Origin: Paramoeba atlantica | Lineage: Eukaryota; Protista; Discosea | Direction: 5' to 3' | Assembly: GCA_977017575.1 (NCBI GenBank) | Contig: CDRNVI010000021.1 | Span: 558,001-622,000, forward strand | DNA: 64,000 nt | Part shown: piece after piece, positions 54,852 through 64,000 of the stretch | Position numbering within the stretch: position 1 is the stretch's first letter | Layout: every line of letters starts with the position of its first letter | The notes under the pieces: model-generated | Seen by the model: the letters and a program-made list of their open reading frames with translations, nothing else | What the model was told of the DNA's origin: nothing | Databases searched by the model: none | Position numbers and translations under genes: made by a program

Positions 54852-55031
54852 CTGTCCCCCCCCCGTTTGAGCGCACCTCGTTTTCCGCGAAAAGTGCGCT
54901 TAAACGGGGAGTCTGAATCACTACGTAAAAAAAAATTGCGCCGATTCGCGGCGCCGGGCTCTTTCCTTCAACTCTATGTGCGCTTAAACGGGGGGGGTCT
55001 GACCGGGTGCGCTTAAGGGGAAGGGGGGCTG
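54852..55031. mobile_element. 180-bp MITE, inverted copy of 25164-25340
   Basis: TA flanks at 54850-51 and 55032-33. The reverse complement aligns with the 25164 copy along its length. Confidence 0.8.
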
Positions 55032-55380
55032 TACATTACTATCGGGCCAGGCCTCAGGGGGCCGATTGTATACCGCGGTTTCGCGCGGTTTCAGGGAGAC
55101 TCGAAGGAATTTTCTCGATAAAGGTCGGATGATACATGTAGCAAGCCGGGAGCGCACGCTGATCCTTTTCTTCAAATACTGGCATGACGGGTCGGAAATG
55201 TTAGTAAGTAGTGGTTTGTTAAAGCATAAGTATTATGTCAGTAGTTTTTAGTGTTAGTAAGTATTAGTTTAATGCTAGTAAGTAGTAGTTTTTCAAAAAA
55301 ATATTTCTACAATAAAAACCTGTTTATCTATTTGCCCCTGTCACACTTAGGGATGAAAATCCCTTACGGGGGTTTTGATA

Positions 55381-56412
55381 TCAGGATGTCCTGTTTAAAA
55401 TCCTGATTAAAAAAAGGAAGGAATATGCTTTCTTTCTATTTTTTGACTCCTTGGGGTTGTACGGAACATATTCAATGTTATCTTTGAGATGATCCCTTCT
55501 CGATGAAACGTTCTCTACTACTCCACACCCTTTACTACACCAACACTCCTTGGCACAATCAATCGTGCGAAGAGCCGAGTTTATCGTGGTGTCAAGATCA
55601 TACTGCGGTTCATCCGCTAACAAACCATAAACAACCACCAACACAATTTGGAGCGCATCTTTCAACCACGAAAGATCGTGATCCGTACCCCAGAAAAAGC
55701 GATATTTGTCAAAATGTGAAAAAGAGCGTTCTATACGCGAGCGGATCAAGGAAACTCTCTGATTGACTTTGTGCTCAGCATTGCTAACCTTTTTCTTTCT
55801 TGAGGACTTATACGGAACTAAGCAATGGTCGCAACCAATGTAGCCTAAGTCCGCAAGAAACATTTCATTTTTATGATGATCAAAAAGAAATGTTTTGTGA
55901 TCACCAGTGTTTTTAGAAATGCTTGCATCATGAAGACTTCCCACTACCGGGCCACGAAAGAAAAATGGAGCGCGTGCCAGAGTTAACCAGAATTCTACTT
56001 TGAAACAATGTTTTCGGCGTTTTCCTGAATAAGTAAAATCTTTGCTAGTAAACCATTTATTGTACCATTTATTGTGTGGCTTTCGTGCACAACATGGAAT
56101 TATCGTAATCATGCAGTTTACGTCGCTCAGCCACGGGATACCTTGCTGAAACCTCAAGGCAGGATTCGCAAGAAAGGGGGAGCGACAAAGCTCAGCGACT
56201 CGGTGAAAATCTTCGCGGAGGGTACGGATAGACACAGAAGGGACCTCGGGAGATGTCCACACAGCATGTAGGTCGTGCAACTGCTCCCAAGAACAATTAA
56301 GTGCACACATACACAACGAAGACTGTAATCGGCGGAAGTCTGCAGGTGTCATACTCGTTCCATGTACGCTTTTCAGCTCGTCGAACAGTTGTTCGCGAGT
56401 AATACCATACAT
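55381..56412 (-). CDS. PIF/Harbinger-ISL2/IS5-like DDE transposase (DDE_Tnp_4 type)
   Basis: YSGKRRKH, GSLHD, FLADLGYIG and N-x6-RSRIERSF. The first catalytic Asp is not evident (MITIIP). Confidence 0.75.
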   Translation of the reverse strand: MYGITREQLFDELKSVHGTSMTPADFRRLQSSLCMCALNCSWEQLHDLHAVWTSPEVPSVSIRTLREDFHRVAELCRSPFLANPALRFQQGIPWLSDVNCMITIIPCCARKPHNKWYNKWFTSKDFTYSGKRRKHCFKVEFWLTLARAPFFFRGPVVGSLHDASISKNTGDHKTFLFDHHKNEMFLADLGYIGCDHCLVPYKSSRKKKVSNAEHKVNQRVSLIRSRIERSFSHFDKYRFFWGTDHDLSWLKDALQIVLVVVYGLLADEPQYDLDTTINSALRTIDCAKECWCSKGCGVVENVSSRRDHLKDNIEYVPYNPKESKNRKKAYSFLFLIRILNRTS

Positions 56413-56667
56413 GCTTGAATGAAAGTTGAATGAATAAAACGAATAACCATATAAACGTTTTGTGCAAGGTTCTGATTGTGGTCAAAGGAGTATTTAGTTC
56501 AAAAATCGTGGTTAGTCAAGAGAAGTACCTGTTCAAATAAGTTTACAATGGCATGTATAAAATGCCTTTTGCATCACACTTTCAATACGATCTTCGCATG
56601 CTTTCAGCGCCTTACTTTGACAAATCAACTTAACCTTGAATTTGCGACTTTTTTACTTACTTCTTAC

Positions 56668-57162
56668 TTAAGGTCTTGGAAAAGAAACTACTCGCTCGGA
56701 GGTTTGTATGTTTTTTATCTGGTAGTACGAGTGCGATGTCGTCTGCGAACGTTTCTGGCTGTAAGAATGATCTTCAGGTGACCGGATGTCAGTTCTCTTC
56801 CGCTGGCGACGCCAGTTTGCGCAAGCACGCAAATTTTTTCTGGATACAGATCGCCAAAGACTTTTCACAAAGTCTCCTCCTTTGCTTGAACTTCGCGGAG
56901 CAAACAACGGGTTCTGTTCAAGGAACGTTCCAAAATCTTGCCCCGCTTCCTCCACAAAGTAGATTGCACGCGAACGAACATCCTGCAAAAGATGTCCGCG
57001 GCGATCAATGATGTGAAGCAGTTCTAGGAGCCTTGCAGTGACTTCGACTCCGCACACCGCGCTCCCTCCGTGTAGAAAATAATCCACAGTTCGCTGCACG
57101 CGATCTAGGATTTCTTCCATTTTTGCGCTGAGCTCCTCTTCGGAAATTGTGAGAGCAGGCAT
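56668..57162 (-). CDS. Accessory ORF upstream of the Harbinger-like transposase
   Basis: ATG-initiated 164-aa ORF, same antisense orientation, preceded by a pyrimidine tract and AG on the minus strand. Confidence 0.4.
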   Translation of the reverse strand: MPALTISEEELSAKMEEILDRVQRTVDYFLHGGSAVCGVEVTARLLELLHIIDRRGHLLQDVRSRAIYFVEEAGQDFGTFLEQNPLFAPRSSSKGGDFVKSLWRSVSRKNLRACANWRRQRKRTDIRSPEDHSYSQKRSQTTSHSYYQIKNIQTSERVVSFPRP

Positions 57163-57930
57163 AGTGGCAGAATTATTGCGGCGGTTGTATAACTACCGCT
57201 CTACCCTCGATTATTGAAAAAAAAGTAAACAAAAGCAGTGAAAATATTAAGAGGAACACAGTAATATAATGCAGGAAAAAAATATAAAGGGGGGCTCCGG
57301 TGGTCCAAAATTAAAAAAATGAAAAAAATGGGGGGGGGGGGGGTCCAGGGGGGGCATATGTCGTTTTTTGAAAGCTTCAAAATCCTGATTTTCGAAATCG
57401 AGCGCAGGGAAGTGGTAGAGTAGGCCGCAGCGATGACGTTCCACCCCCCCCCTGGTACGCGCGGGAGGGGTCCGACAAGGTCAAAATTTCAGAAATTTTT
57501 GGGATGACCAAAAAACAAATTTGGCACATTACCGTTAAAATTGCACATTACCGTTTAAATACGAATTTAAACGGCAATCCGACGGACGGGTTAATTTGAA
57601 TCCAGTAGTATGAAAAAATTGATTCGCAACTCACTACGCCTGCATTGATACACTGTCATTCGTACCATATGCGACTTCAAAACATAAAAAACTCTAATAT
57701 TTCTTCCGTACATTACTATAGGACCAGACCTCGGGGGGTTGGGGGGGATTGTAAACCGCGGTTTCGCGCGGTTTCGGAAAGGCAATTTGTTAGTACACAG
57801 GGAGTATAAATGCCTTTTTGGTAATAAAGCAATTTGTTCATAAGAAATCGTTATTATTCCTTCCATATATTTTAATATAAATCGTTCGTAATTTCGTTCA
57901 TAGGAAATCGAATTTAATCTAAAACGTAAA

Positions 57931-60777
57931 ATGCCGAAATCACTGCGCAAAAAACAAATGGTTACGCAAGGAGGGGTAGATAGTAAGGTGAGAAGGCATT
58001 CTAAGAATACAGAAGAGTTTCCTGTTGAGCCTATTGCATCAAGGCACGAAGCTTCTGCTCCGGAAAACCAAGATGTCGACATCAGGCATAATTCTTCCTT
58101 AGTATCGAAAGGTTGCAAATGCTTTGAACGTTTTTCACATCACCTGGATTCTTGTAACTCGCAAAGTTCTCTGAGCTTTCATTCAAAACTTTCTTCGGTG
58201 GTTTCAGGCACTGAATCCCATGAAAAAGTGCACGACAAAGTGTCAGATACGCCTTTTCCTTGGATGAAGGCTTGCTCCAGTTCATGTCCTGGGTCATCCA
58301 CTAATCACGATACACAATGTTCGCCTCCATGTTCTGGAGCACCGAGGACGTGGTTCAACTACTTGCAATCATTCTCCGGAGCATACAAGAGTCATGAAGT
58401 TACGAGTGGCAATTGCAGTTGTTCTTTTGATGAAGAGGATTCTCCGGCTAGCGATGAAACTGATTCAAGTGAAATCTCAGACGCCGAAAATTTGGGCTTT
58501 TTGGGGCCCTTTTCAAAACCCTCTCCAATACCAAGACGATTGCGCACCAAAAAAATTAGTACCAAACTCGTTAATCTCAATTCTACTCCGGAAACAATTT
58601 TGTCGAACGTTACGGATAAATTATCGGGCCTTTCCTCATCAACGCTTACAAGTATTTTGTTATCTCCAGTGAATGGTACACCTAACTTTCCACAGATGTC
58701 AGCTCGTGGTAAGGGCACTTCTACAAGCAATGATACCCAACGGTTGGATGGGTCTTCTTTAACTTTAAGTGAGGAAGGCGCGTTATCTCGACCAAATCAG
58801 AAAGAACTAATTCTTTTCTTACTAGAGCGCATGGTCCTACACGGCTCCGTGTGCTTTGCGACTAAAATGGATGAGTTTGATTTGCTTCATAATGTGTTTC
58901 AGGTGAAAAAGTTTGGTTTGGTGAAGCAATTATGTCAGAATTTAACCCAAACACTAAATTCCGTATCATTAGCTAATCTATCAAAGATGCTTGTAGCTTG
59001 CGACCTTCCTCCCACAAGTAACATTCAGCATATTGCTGAGCATTTGTTGGCTCTTGGACTATTTGAATTTCTGCGCTCTTTGCCAAGCAATTTGTTAGGG
59101 CTGGTGATCAGTGAGTTAGAAAAAAAGCTTTTTGATTCTTTAACAGATTCTGTGGCAAACAATATAGAAAACGTTGTCCACTACGTATTCTCTCGAGAAT
59201 CAAATTTTGTACGTCCAGTTGCAGAAACCCCTGATAAAGAAGGAACGTACAACGGGGTTTCAAAGTTTAGTAATGAAAGTCACAATTGTCCAACTGGTGC
59301 TTCTCAAGTTTCATTACAAAATAACATCAAGCCCGCATCTGCTCCCCGTTTGCACATACTTGGATGCAGCACACACAGTTTCTACGGCGTGGTGTCTTGG
59401 AAATTAAATGGTGTAAGTCTGTTGCAGAAATCTTCTTTTCAACTATTTAGCTCTCGATTTAATTTTGCGGGTATGCAATGGAATATGCTATTTTCTCATG
59501 AAAATTCTAGACTCTCCATATTTGTCCGGCAGACGCTTCGTGCACGCTGTGTGCTACGTTTATATTTGCTGAATAATCGCAACATTATAATTTCGCGTAA
59601 AGAAGGTTTAGTTTTTTTTACTGGACAGGAATCCGAACCTTCTGTATACGGTTTCAGCAATGTAATCACATTCGCGGAATTGTTTGACTCTAATAAGTCT
59701 TTTCGGGACCCAGAAACAGATTCTTTTCGATTCGAGCTCCACCTAGGATTACTGGGCAATATTGCAACACAAACGGACGATACAACAGCGAAACGCAATT
59801 CCTGGCTATCCGATTTGAATCCTAAACAGCTTAACAGTGTTATAAAGTCTTTGTTGGACAAATATCCAATGCCTTCTCCTCCAAAAGAAATTTTGGGGTC
59901 CTCTGGCAATTCATCCGTGATCACCGATCTTCCTATTAAAAGCGATGCGAAAGCAAAAAAGGGACAGGATTGTTATTTAACTTATGAAAGCACAGCCGCG
60001 AAAAATGTTAGTTCCGATGAATATGCTAAAAATGAAGTAGACAAATCTCTTTTATGTGAAGGCAGTGAAACTTTTCTATTGAAAAAATCAGTCGATGAGA
60101 CTCCCAAGAAGATTAAGAGAGACACTGAACAAAGAATGGCTCAAGTTGTAAGTAAAGCAAAAAATAATAAAGGTTCACAAAGGGGTTCGCAAAATCTTTA
60201 TCGGAAAGAAGCATTAGCCATTGAGGAGGAAGAAAAGCGTTTACGGACTGATATTGTTGCTGAGCACACTATGGAATGGGAAACGATGCGCTCAGAACTT
60301 GTTCATAATTTGGAAATTTTGCGCGTTCGACAGCTACGGCGAAAGGAAGGTACTAAACTACTACATACTCTGAGATCTCAACATAGGAATTTGGTGGATA
60401 AAAGGAAGAATCTCCAGAGACGCCTTGAACAAGTAGTAAATTCCGACACTCGGGTTAAAGAAGAACTTCAAAAAGCGAAAATAAACCAGAAAAAGCTTGA
60501 CGATGAGCAAACCAAATTACAACTTCGACTTCAGGACTTAACCGATTCTAGCGCGAGGAAGCTTCATGAAATCAAAAATATACAAACACATTTCCGCGAC
60601 CTTTTTACTGTTGGAAGCACAGACGTTTCACGCACGAAATTTGACAAAATGGAATGTTGTACAAATGTCTCGGGGTGCACATCGCTGTCGCACAGCACTC
60701 TGAATAGCGGACAGACGTCGCCTGCTGATGGTTCTCTCGAATTCCACGAAGATAATTATTATACTTGGAAAAGATGA
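57931..60777 (+). CDS. MATH/TRAF-domain coiled-coil protein
   Basis: VSWKLNG...SSRFNFAGMQWNMLF...LSIFV...YGFSNVITFAEL...FRFELHL, plus a C-terminal coiled coil. Confidence 0.75.
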   Translation: MPKSLRKKQMVTQGGVDSKVRRHSKNTEEFPVEPIASRHEASAPENQDVDIRHNSSLVSKGCKCFERFSHHLDSCNSQSSLSFHSKLSSVVSGTESHEKVHDKVSDTPFPWMKACSSSCPGSSTNHDTQCSPPCSGAPRTWFNYLQSFSGAYKSHEVTSGNCSCSFDEEDSPASDETDSSEISDAENLGFLGPFSKPSPIPRRLRTKKISTKLVNLNSTPETILSNVTDKLSGLSSSTLTSILLSPVNGTPNFPQMSARGKGTSTSNDTQRLDGSSLTLSEEGALSRPNQKELILFLLERMVLHGSVCFATKMDEFDLLHNVFQVKKFGLVKQLCQNLTQTLNSVSLANLSKMLVACDLPPTSNIQHIAEHLLALGLFEFLRSLPSNLLGLVISELEKKLFDSLTDSVANNIENVVHYVFSRESNFVRPVAETPDKEGTYNGVSKFSNESHNCPTGASQVSLQNNIKPASAPRLHILGCSTHSFYGVVSWKLNGVSLLQKSSFQLFSSRFNFAGMQWNMLFSHENSRLSIFVRQTLRARCVLRLYLLNNRNIIISRKEGLVFFTGQESEPSVYGFSNVITFAELFDSNKSFRDPETDSFRFELHLGLLGNIATQTDDTTAKRNSWLSDLNPKQLNSVIKSLLDKYPMPSPPKEILGSSGNSSVITDLPIKSDAKAKKGQDCYLTYESTAAKNVSSDEYAKNEVDKSLLCEGSETFLLKKSVDETPKKIKRDTEQRMAQVVSKAKNNKGSQRGSQNLYRKEALAIEEEEKRLRTDIVAEHTMEWETMRSELVHNLEILRVRQLRRKEGTKLLHTLRSQHRNLVDKRKNLQRRLEQVVNSDTRVKEELQKAKINQKKLDDEQTKLQLRLQDLTDSSARKLHEIKNIQTHFRDLFTVGSTDVSRTKFDKMECCTNVSGCTSLSHSTLNSGQTSPADGSLEFHEDNYYTWKR

Positions 60778-61119
60778 CTCTTTCTGGAATGAGCTGATGT
60801 TTTTTATCACTCCTGAAAATATAATTTTTCTTTCTTTACTTAATTTTCGAGTTTAATTAAGTCTTCTTTTTCGAATTGTTCTCTCTGTCGAGTATTTTAT
60901 CGTAACAGTTTCCGCTTCTTGTACCTACAACATGGTGGTGTATCACATCTTGAAACATACAGTGTTGTCTGCAGTATGGCATCGTTATGTTGGAGTTGTG
61001 AAGTTTATACCTGATATACAGTGCATAGCTTAATCTATTGCTTCTACAAGTTATATTCGTAATTCTACATGTTTATGTTGGGTAGTGCTTGATACATCTC
61101 TTTCGGGGCTGCTTTTCTT

Positions 61120-63480
61120 ATGGAAGGAACATTTGTCCAAACAGACGTTCAACGGCACAGCTGCGGATCCTATCAAGTCGCTTTTCCTTATTCTCCTTAC
61201 GATACACAACGTACGCTTGTGAGCGCAATACTATCCGCTCTGGAAAACATGGGTATAAGTATCTTAGAGTCACCGACTGGGACCGGAAAAACTCTATGTG
61301 TTATTAGCGCTGTACTACATTGGTTTCACGAACTATATACCGGAAAACGAAACTTACCATGGCCTCTTCCTGGAGTTCAGGATAAAAGATCGACAGATGA
61401 AGATGGAAACATTCCATTCTTCGTACGCCAGTGGGACGCTCAAAGAGGACTCGAAAAACTTCGTGACTTTATAAGCAATAAAGAAGGAATTAGAAAAAGA
61501 AAGCGTGGGCTTATTAAGTCCTATTCGGTACTCTCTAAACGAGACAATGTTTCTTTGAAGAATGGCGCATTGTGTGAAAATGATTTTTCTGGTCAAACAC
61601 CAGAAATCTCGTCAGATGATGAGTCCAACATTACTTCCACCTGTTATTTGACCCCAAAACTTATATTTACTAGTCGTACTCATTCACAACTTGGTCAGTT
61701 CATCACTGAGCTTCGAAAATCACCGTACTTGAAACTTTTCCGAGTCTCATCCGTACCGCTTGCATCACGACTACATTTATGTTTGAATAAAAATGTTCGC
61801 TCTTCACATGGCGAAAGCATCGCTGACTTAAATAATGCTTGTCACGATTTGGGAATGGCATGTCCCTACCACAACCTAGAACGTGAGAATCAACTTGCAG
61901 AAACCGTGATATCGAAGCCGCATACACTCGAAGACATTGAGAATTTGGGATCTGCGACACACACGTGCGCTTATTACGCTACGCGTCGGGCCGTGGCACA
62001 GGCCCAAATTGTTTTAACGCCTTACAACACTTTACTGGACGCTCATGCAAGAGAAGAATGTGGTTTGCATCTAACTGGAAGCGTAGTAATCATAGACGAA
62101 GCACATAATTTAATATCTTCATGTCATGCTGCGCTTTCAAAAGAAATTTGTTTAGGAAAGGTAGAAAAAATACGCTGCTGCCTTTCTGATGCGCTTCAGA
62201 AGCAAGGGCAACTTACTAAAACAAGGGAAAAATTATTTGAACTTAAACGCATATGTGACAGTTTTTATTCCTTTTTTAATGCAGCATCTTATAGTGCCAA
62301 TTCTAGGACCTTCCAGCAGAATACAAACTTGCATACTGTGGCATTTAATGTTGGGACATTCTTAAAAGATATTAAACTAGTGAATCACGACTTTTTGGCT
62401 CTGGCGAATTTTTGTAGGGAATCCACTCTAGTTCAACAGCTTGCTCGAAGTGCCCCTCTTGATGATTTGACACAATTTCTTTCTCTTTTAGCTTCAGAAA
62501 CCGGAGACATGGTTGTACTCCATACTCCGGATGCTAACTGTTTGGCACTAACTGCCTTATCTGGACGGCGTGCCTTTACCTCTTTACTTGAGGAGGCACT
62601 CTGCGTTATCCTTATCGGAGGTACAATTCCACCACAGTCCATCCTAGATGCTGAGCTTTTTTCTGCGTCTGCTTTAGGGAATCGATCTCCCATTCGTGTT
62701 TCCTTGCCGCACGTTATTCCTCGAAATCACGTGTGCGCTATTTGCGTCACTTCGGGACCTACCCAAACTAGCATGCGCTTCACACATGCCGCGAAGCAGT
62801 CTGGTCAAGACACAGAGATGGCATTGGAGGCCGGGCGTTCGGTTCGAAATTTGGTTCAAATTGTGCCCAAAGGCATAGTATTGTTCTTTGCGTCATTCTC
62901 ACATCTTGATTTTGTTTACAAAGTTTGGGAGTCCAACGGAATTTGTTTGGCCATTGAGGCGAAAAAGAAAATTTTCCGTGAGCACTCTGGCGCCAATCTT
63001 ACTACATTGTTAGAACAGTATCGCACTACCATTTCGAATTCTGAAAATGGCGCTTTGCTTTGTTCCGTTATGGGAGGACGACTCTCAGAAGGCATCAATT
63101 TTGAGGACGACTACTGTAGACTTGTTGTCATTATCGGTCTTCCATATCCTAATCCTTTCGACACAGAATCAAAGGCACGCTTGCAATACCTTCAAAATCT
63201 GAATCCCTCAATTTCAGAAGCGAACTACTATGATGCCTTGTGTATGACGACTGTTAATCAAACTATTGGTCGAGCAATACGTCACCGTGGGGATTATGCT
63301 GCCATTCTATTTTTAGACGAAAGGATGTCACAACCGAAGCTTCAATCCTTATTGCCACATTGGATACAAGAAAACATCACGCAAAAGCGTAGTGACACTT
63401 CTCAGAGCGCACTTTCTTTTTCAACTGCATTCGCCACGTTAAGGGAATTTTTCTCTTCTTTTCGAAACTTTGAAAGGTAG
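61120..63480 (+). CDS. DDX11: XPD-family Fe-S helicase DDX11/Chl1
   Basis: FPYSPYDTQ, ESPTGTGKT, SRTHSQL, IIDEAHNL, GGRLSEGINF and NQTIGRAIRH. Confidence 0.85.
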   Translation: MEGTFVQTDVQRHSCGSYQVAFPYSPYDTQRTLVSAILSALENMGISILESPTGTGKTLCVISAVLHWFHELYTGKRNLPWPLPGVQDKRSTDEDGNIPFFVRQWDAQRGLEKLRDFISNKEGIRKRKRGLIKSYSVLSKRDNVSLKNGALCENDFSGQTPEISSDDESNITSTCYLTPKLIFTSRTHSQLGQFITELRKSPYLKLFRVSSVPLASRLHLCLNKNVRSSHGESIADLNNACHDLGMACPYHNLERENQLAETVISKPHTLEDIENLGSATHTCAYYATRRAVAQAQIVLTPYNTLLDAHAREECGLHLTGSVVIIDEAHNLISSCHAALSKEICLGKVEKIRCCLSDALQKQGQLTKTREKLFELKRICDSFYSFFNAASYSANSRTFQQNTNLHTVAFNVGTFLKDIKLVNHDFLALANFCRESTLVQQLARSAPLDDLTQFLSLLASETGDMVVLHTPDANCLALTALSGRRAFTSLLEEALCVILIGGTIPPQSILDAELFSASALGNRSPIRVSLPHVIPRNHVCAICVTSGPTQTSMRFTHAAKQSGQDTEMALEAGRSVRNLVQIVPKGIVLFFASFSHLDFVYKVWESNGICLAIEAKKKIFREHSGANLTTLLEQYRTTISNSENGALLCSVMGGRLSEGINFEDDYCRLVVIIGLPYPNPFDTESKARLQYLQNLNPSISEANYYDALCMTTVNQTIGRAIRHRGDYAAILFLDERMSQPKLQSLLPHWIQENITQKRSDTSQSALSFSTAFATLREFFSSFRNFER

Positions 63481-63696
63481 TGAGAGCTTCGAAATATCGA
63501 CCTTTCCACAAGCTGGGGGACCCACATTGAAAAAACAGCAAGAATAGAGTACGTGAGCAATCACATTGGACATGTACGATTCTGTCATTTCTAGTTTCAA
63601 AGATTAATGTATGACAAGACTTTGTTACTTGGGTTAGACACTTGAAGAAAGGAACAACGTCGATTTATTCTTTCTTTCTCTTTTGACTTTCTAACA

Positions 63697-64000
63697 ATGG
63701 TGGCTGAGCGAAAACAAAAACTTTCGAATTCCACGAGCCCAGAACCCAAAAAACGTTCCGTTATGAAATCAGGCAAAGCATTGGTAGCAGCAAAGGTAAC
63801 TGAAGAATCTATTTTAGAGGGGACCATACCCTTTCAGCGGGCATCCAAGGATTCAGACTTTACTTCAGATTCCATGGTCAAGATTCTTTCCTGGAATGTA
63901 GCCGGACTCCGTGCCGTTATGAGAAACTGGGACAAGGAGTTTCACCAACTTTTCGAAACAGAACGCCCTGACGTTGTGTGTCTCCAGGAAACCAAATTAC
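63697..64000 (+). CDS. APE1: AP endonuclease (ExoIII/APE1 family), runs off the window
   Basis: Manual translation gives KILSWNVAGLRA...PDVVCLQETK. Confidence 0.85.
   Translation, partial: MVAERKQKLSNSTSPEPKKRSVMKSGKALVAAKVTEESILEGTIPFQRASKDSDFTSDSMVKILSWNVAGLRAVMRNWDKEFHQLFETERPDVVCLQETKL

Overview
Eukaryotic, intron-poor DNA. About 30 host genes all lie on the + strand across the 64 kb, the layout of a kinetoplastid polycistronic unit. The H2A.Z sequence and a spliced-leader (SL)-like motif also point to Kinetoplastea. A reduced Perkinsela-like lineage is my best guess (inference only). Recognisable genes: MRT4, COX17, eIF3d, PPAN/SSF1 (frameshifted in a C9 run), RPN9, HIP/ST13, CDC27, H2A.Z, LeuRS, a VAMP7-like SNARE, KRR1, a cytidine-deaminase-like protein, a CobW/ZNG1 GTPase, a MATH-domain protein, DDX11/CHL1 and a partial APE1. 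There are also four paralogous LRR genes. Between the genes lie patches of mobile DNA. (1) An intact IS30-family element with 26-bp IRs and a 2-bp AT duplication. (2) A decayed Merlin element with an 8-bp TSD. (3) A PIF/Harbinger-ISL2-like transposase. (4) PIF1-type helicase and Tc1-HTH relics. (5) Several TA-flanked MITEs. (6) A roughly 590-bp insertion that splits an LRR gene, begins with an SL-like 39-mer and carries a covarying hairpin. Several genes also contain GC-rich islands where the sense strand flips from C-rich to G-rich. All calls are by eye from motifs; no database search was run.
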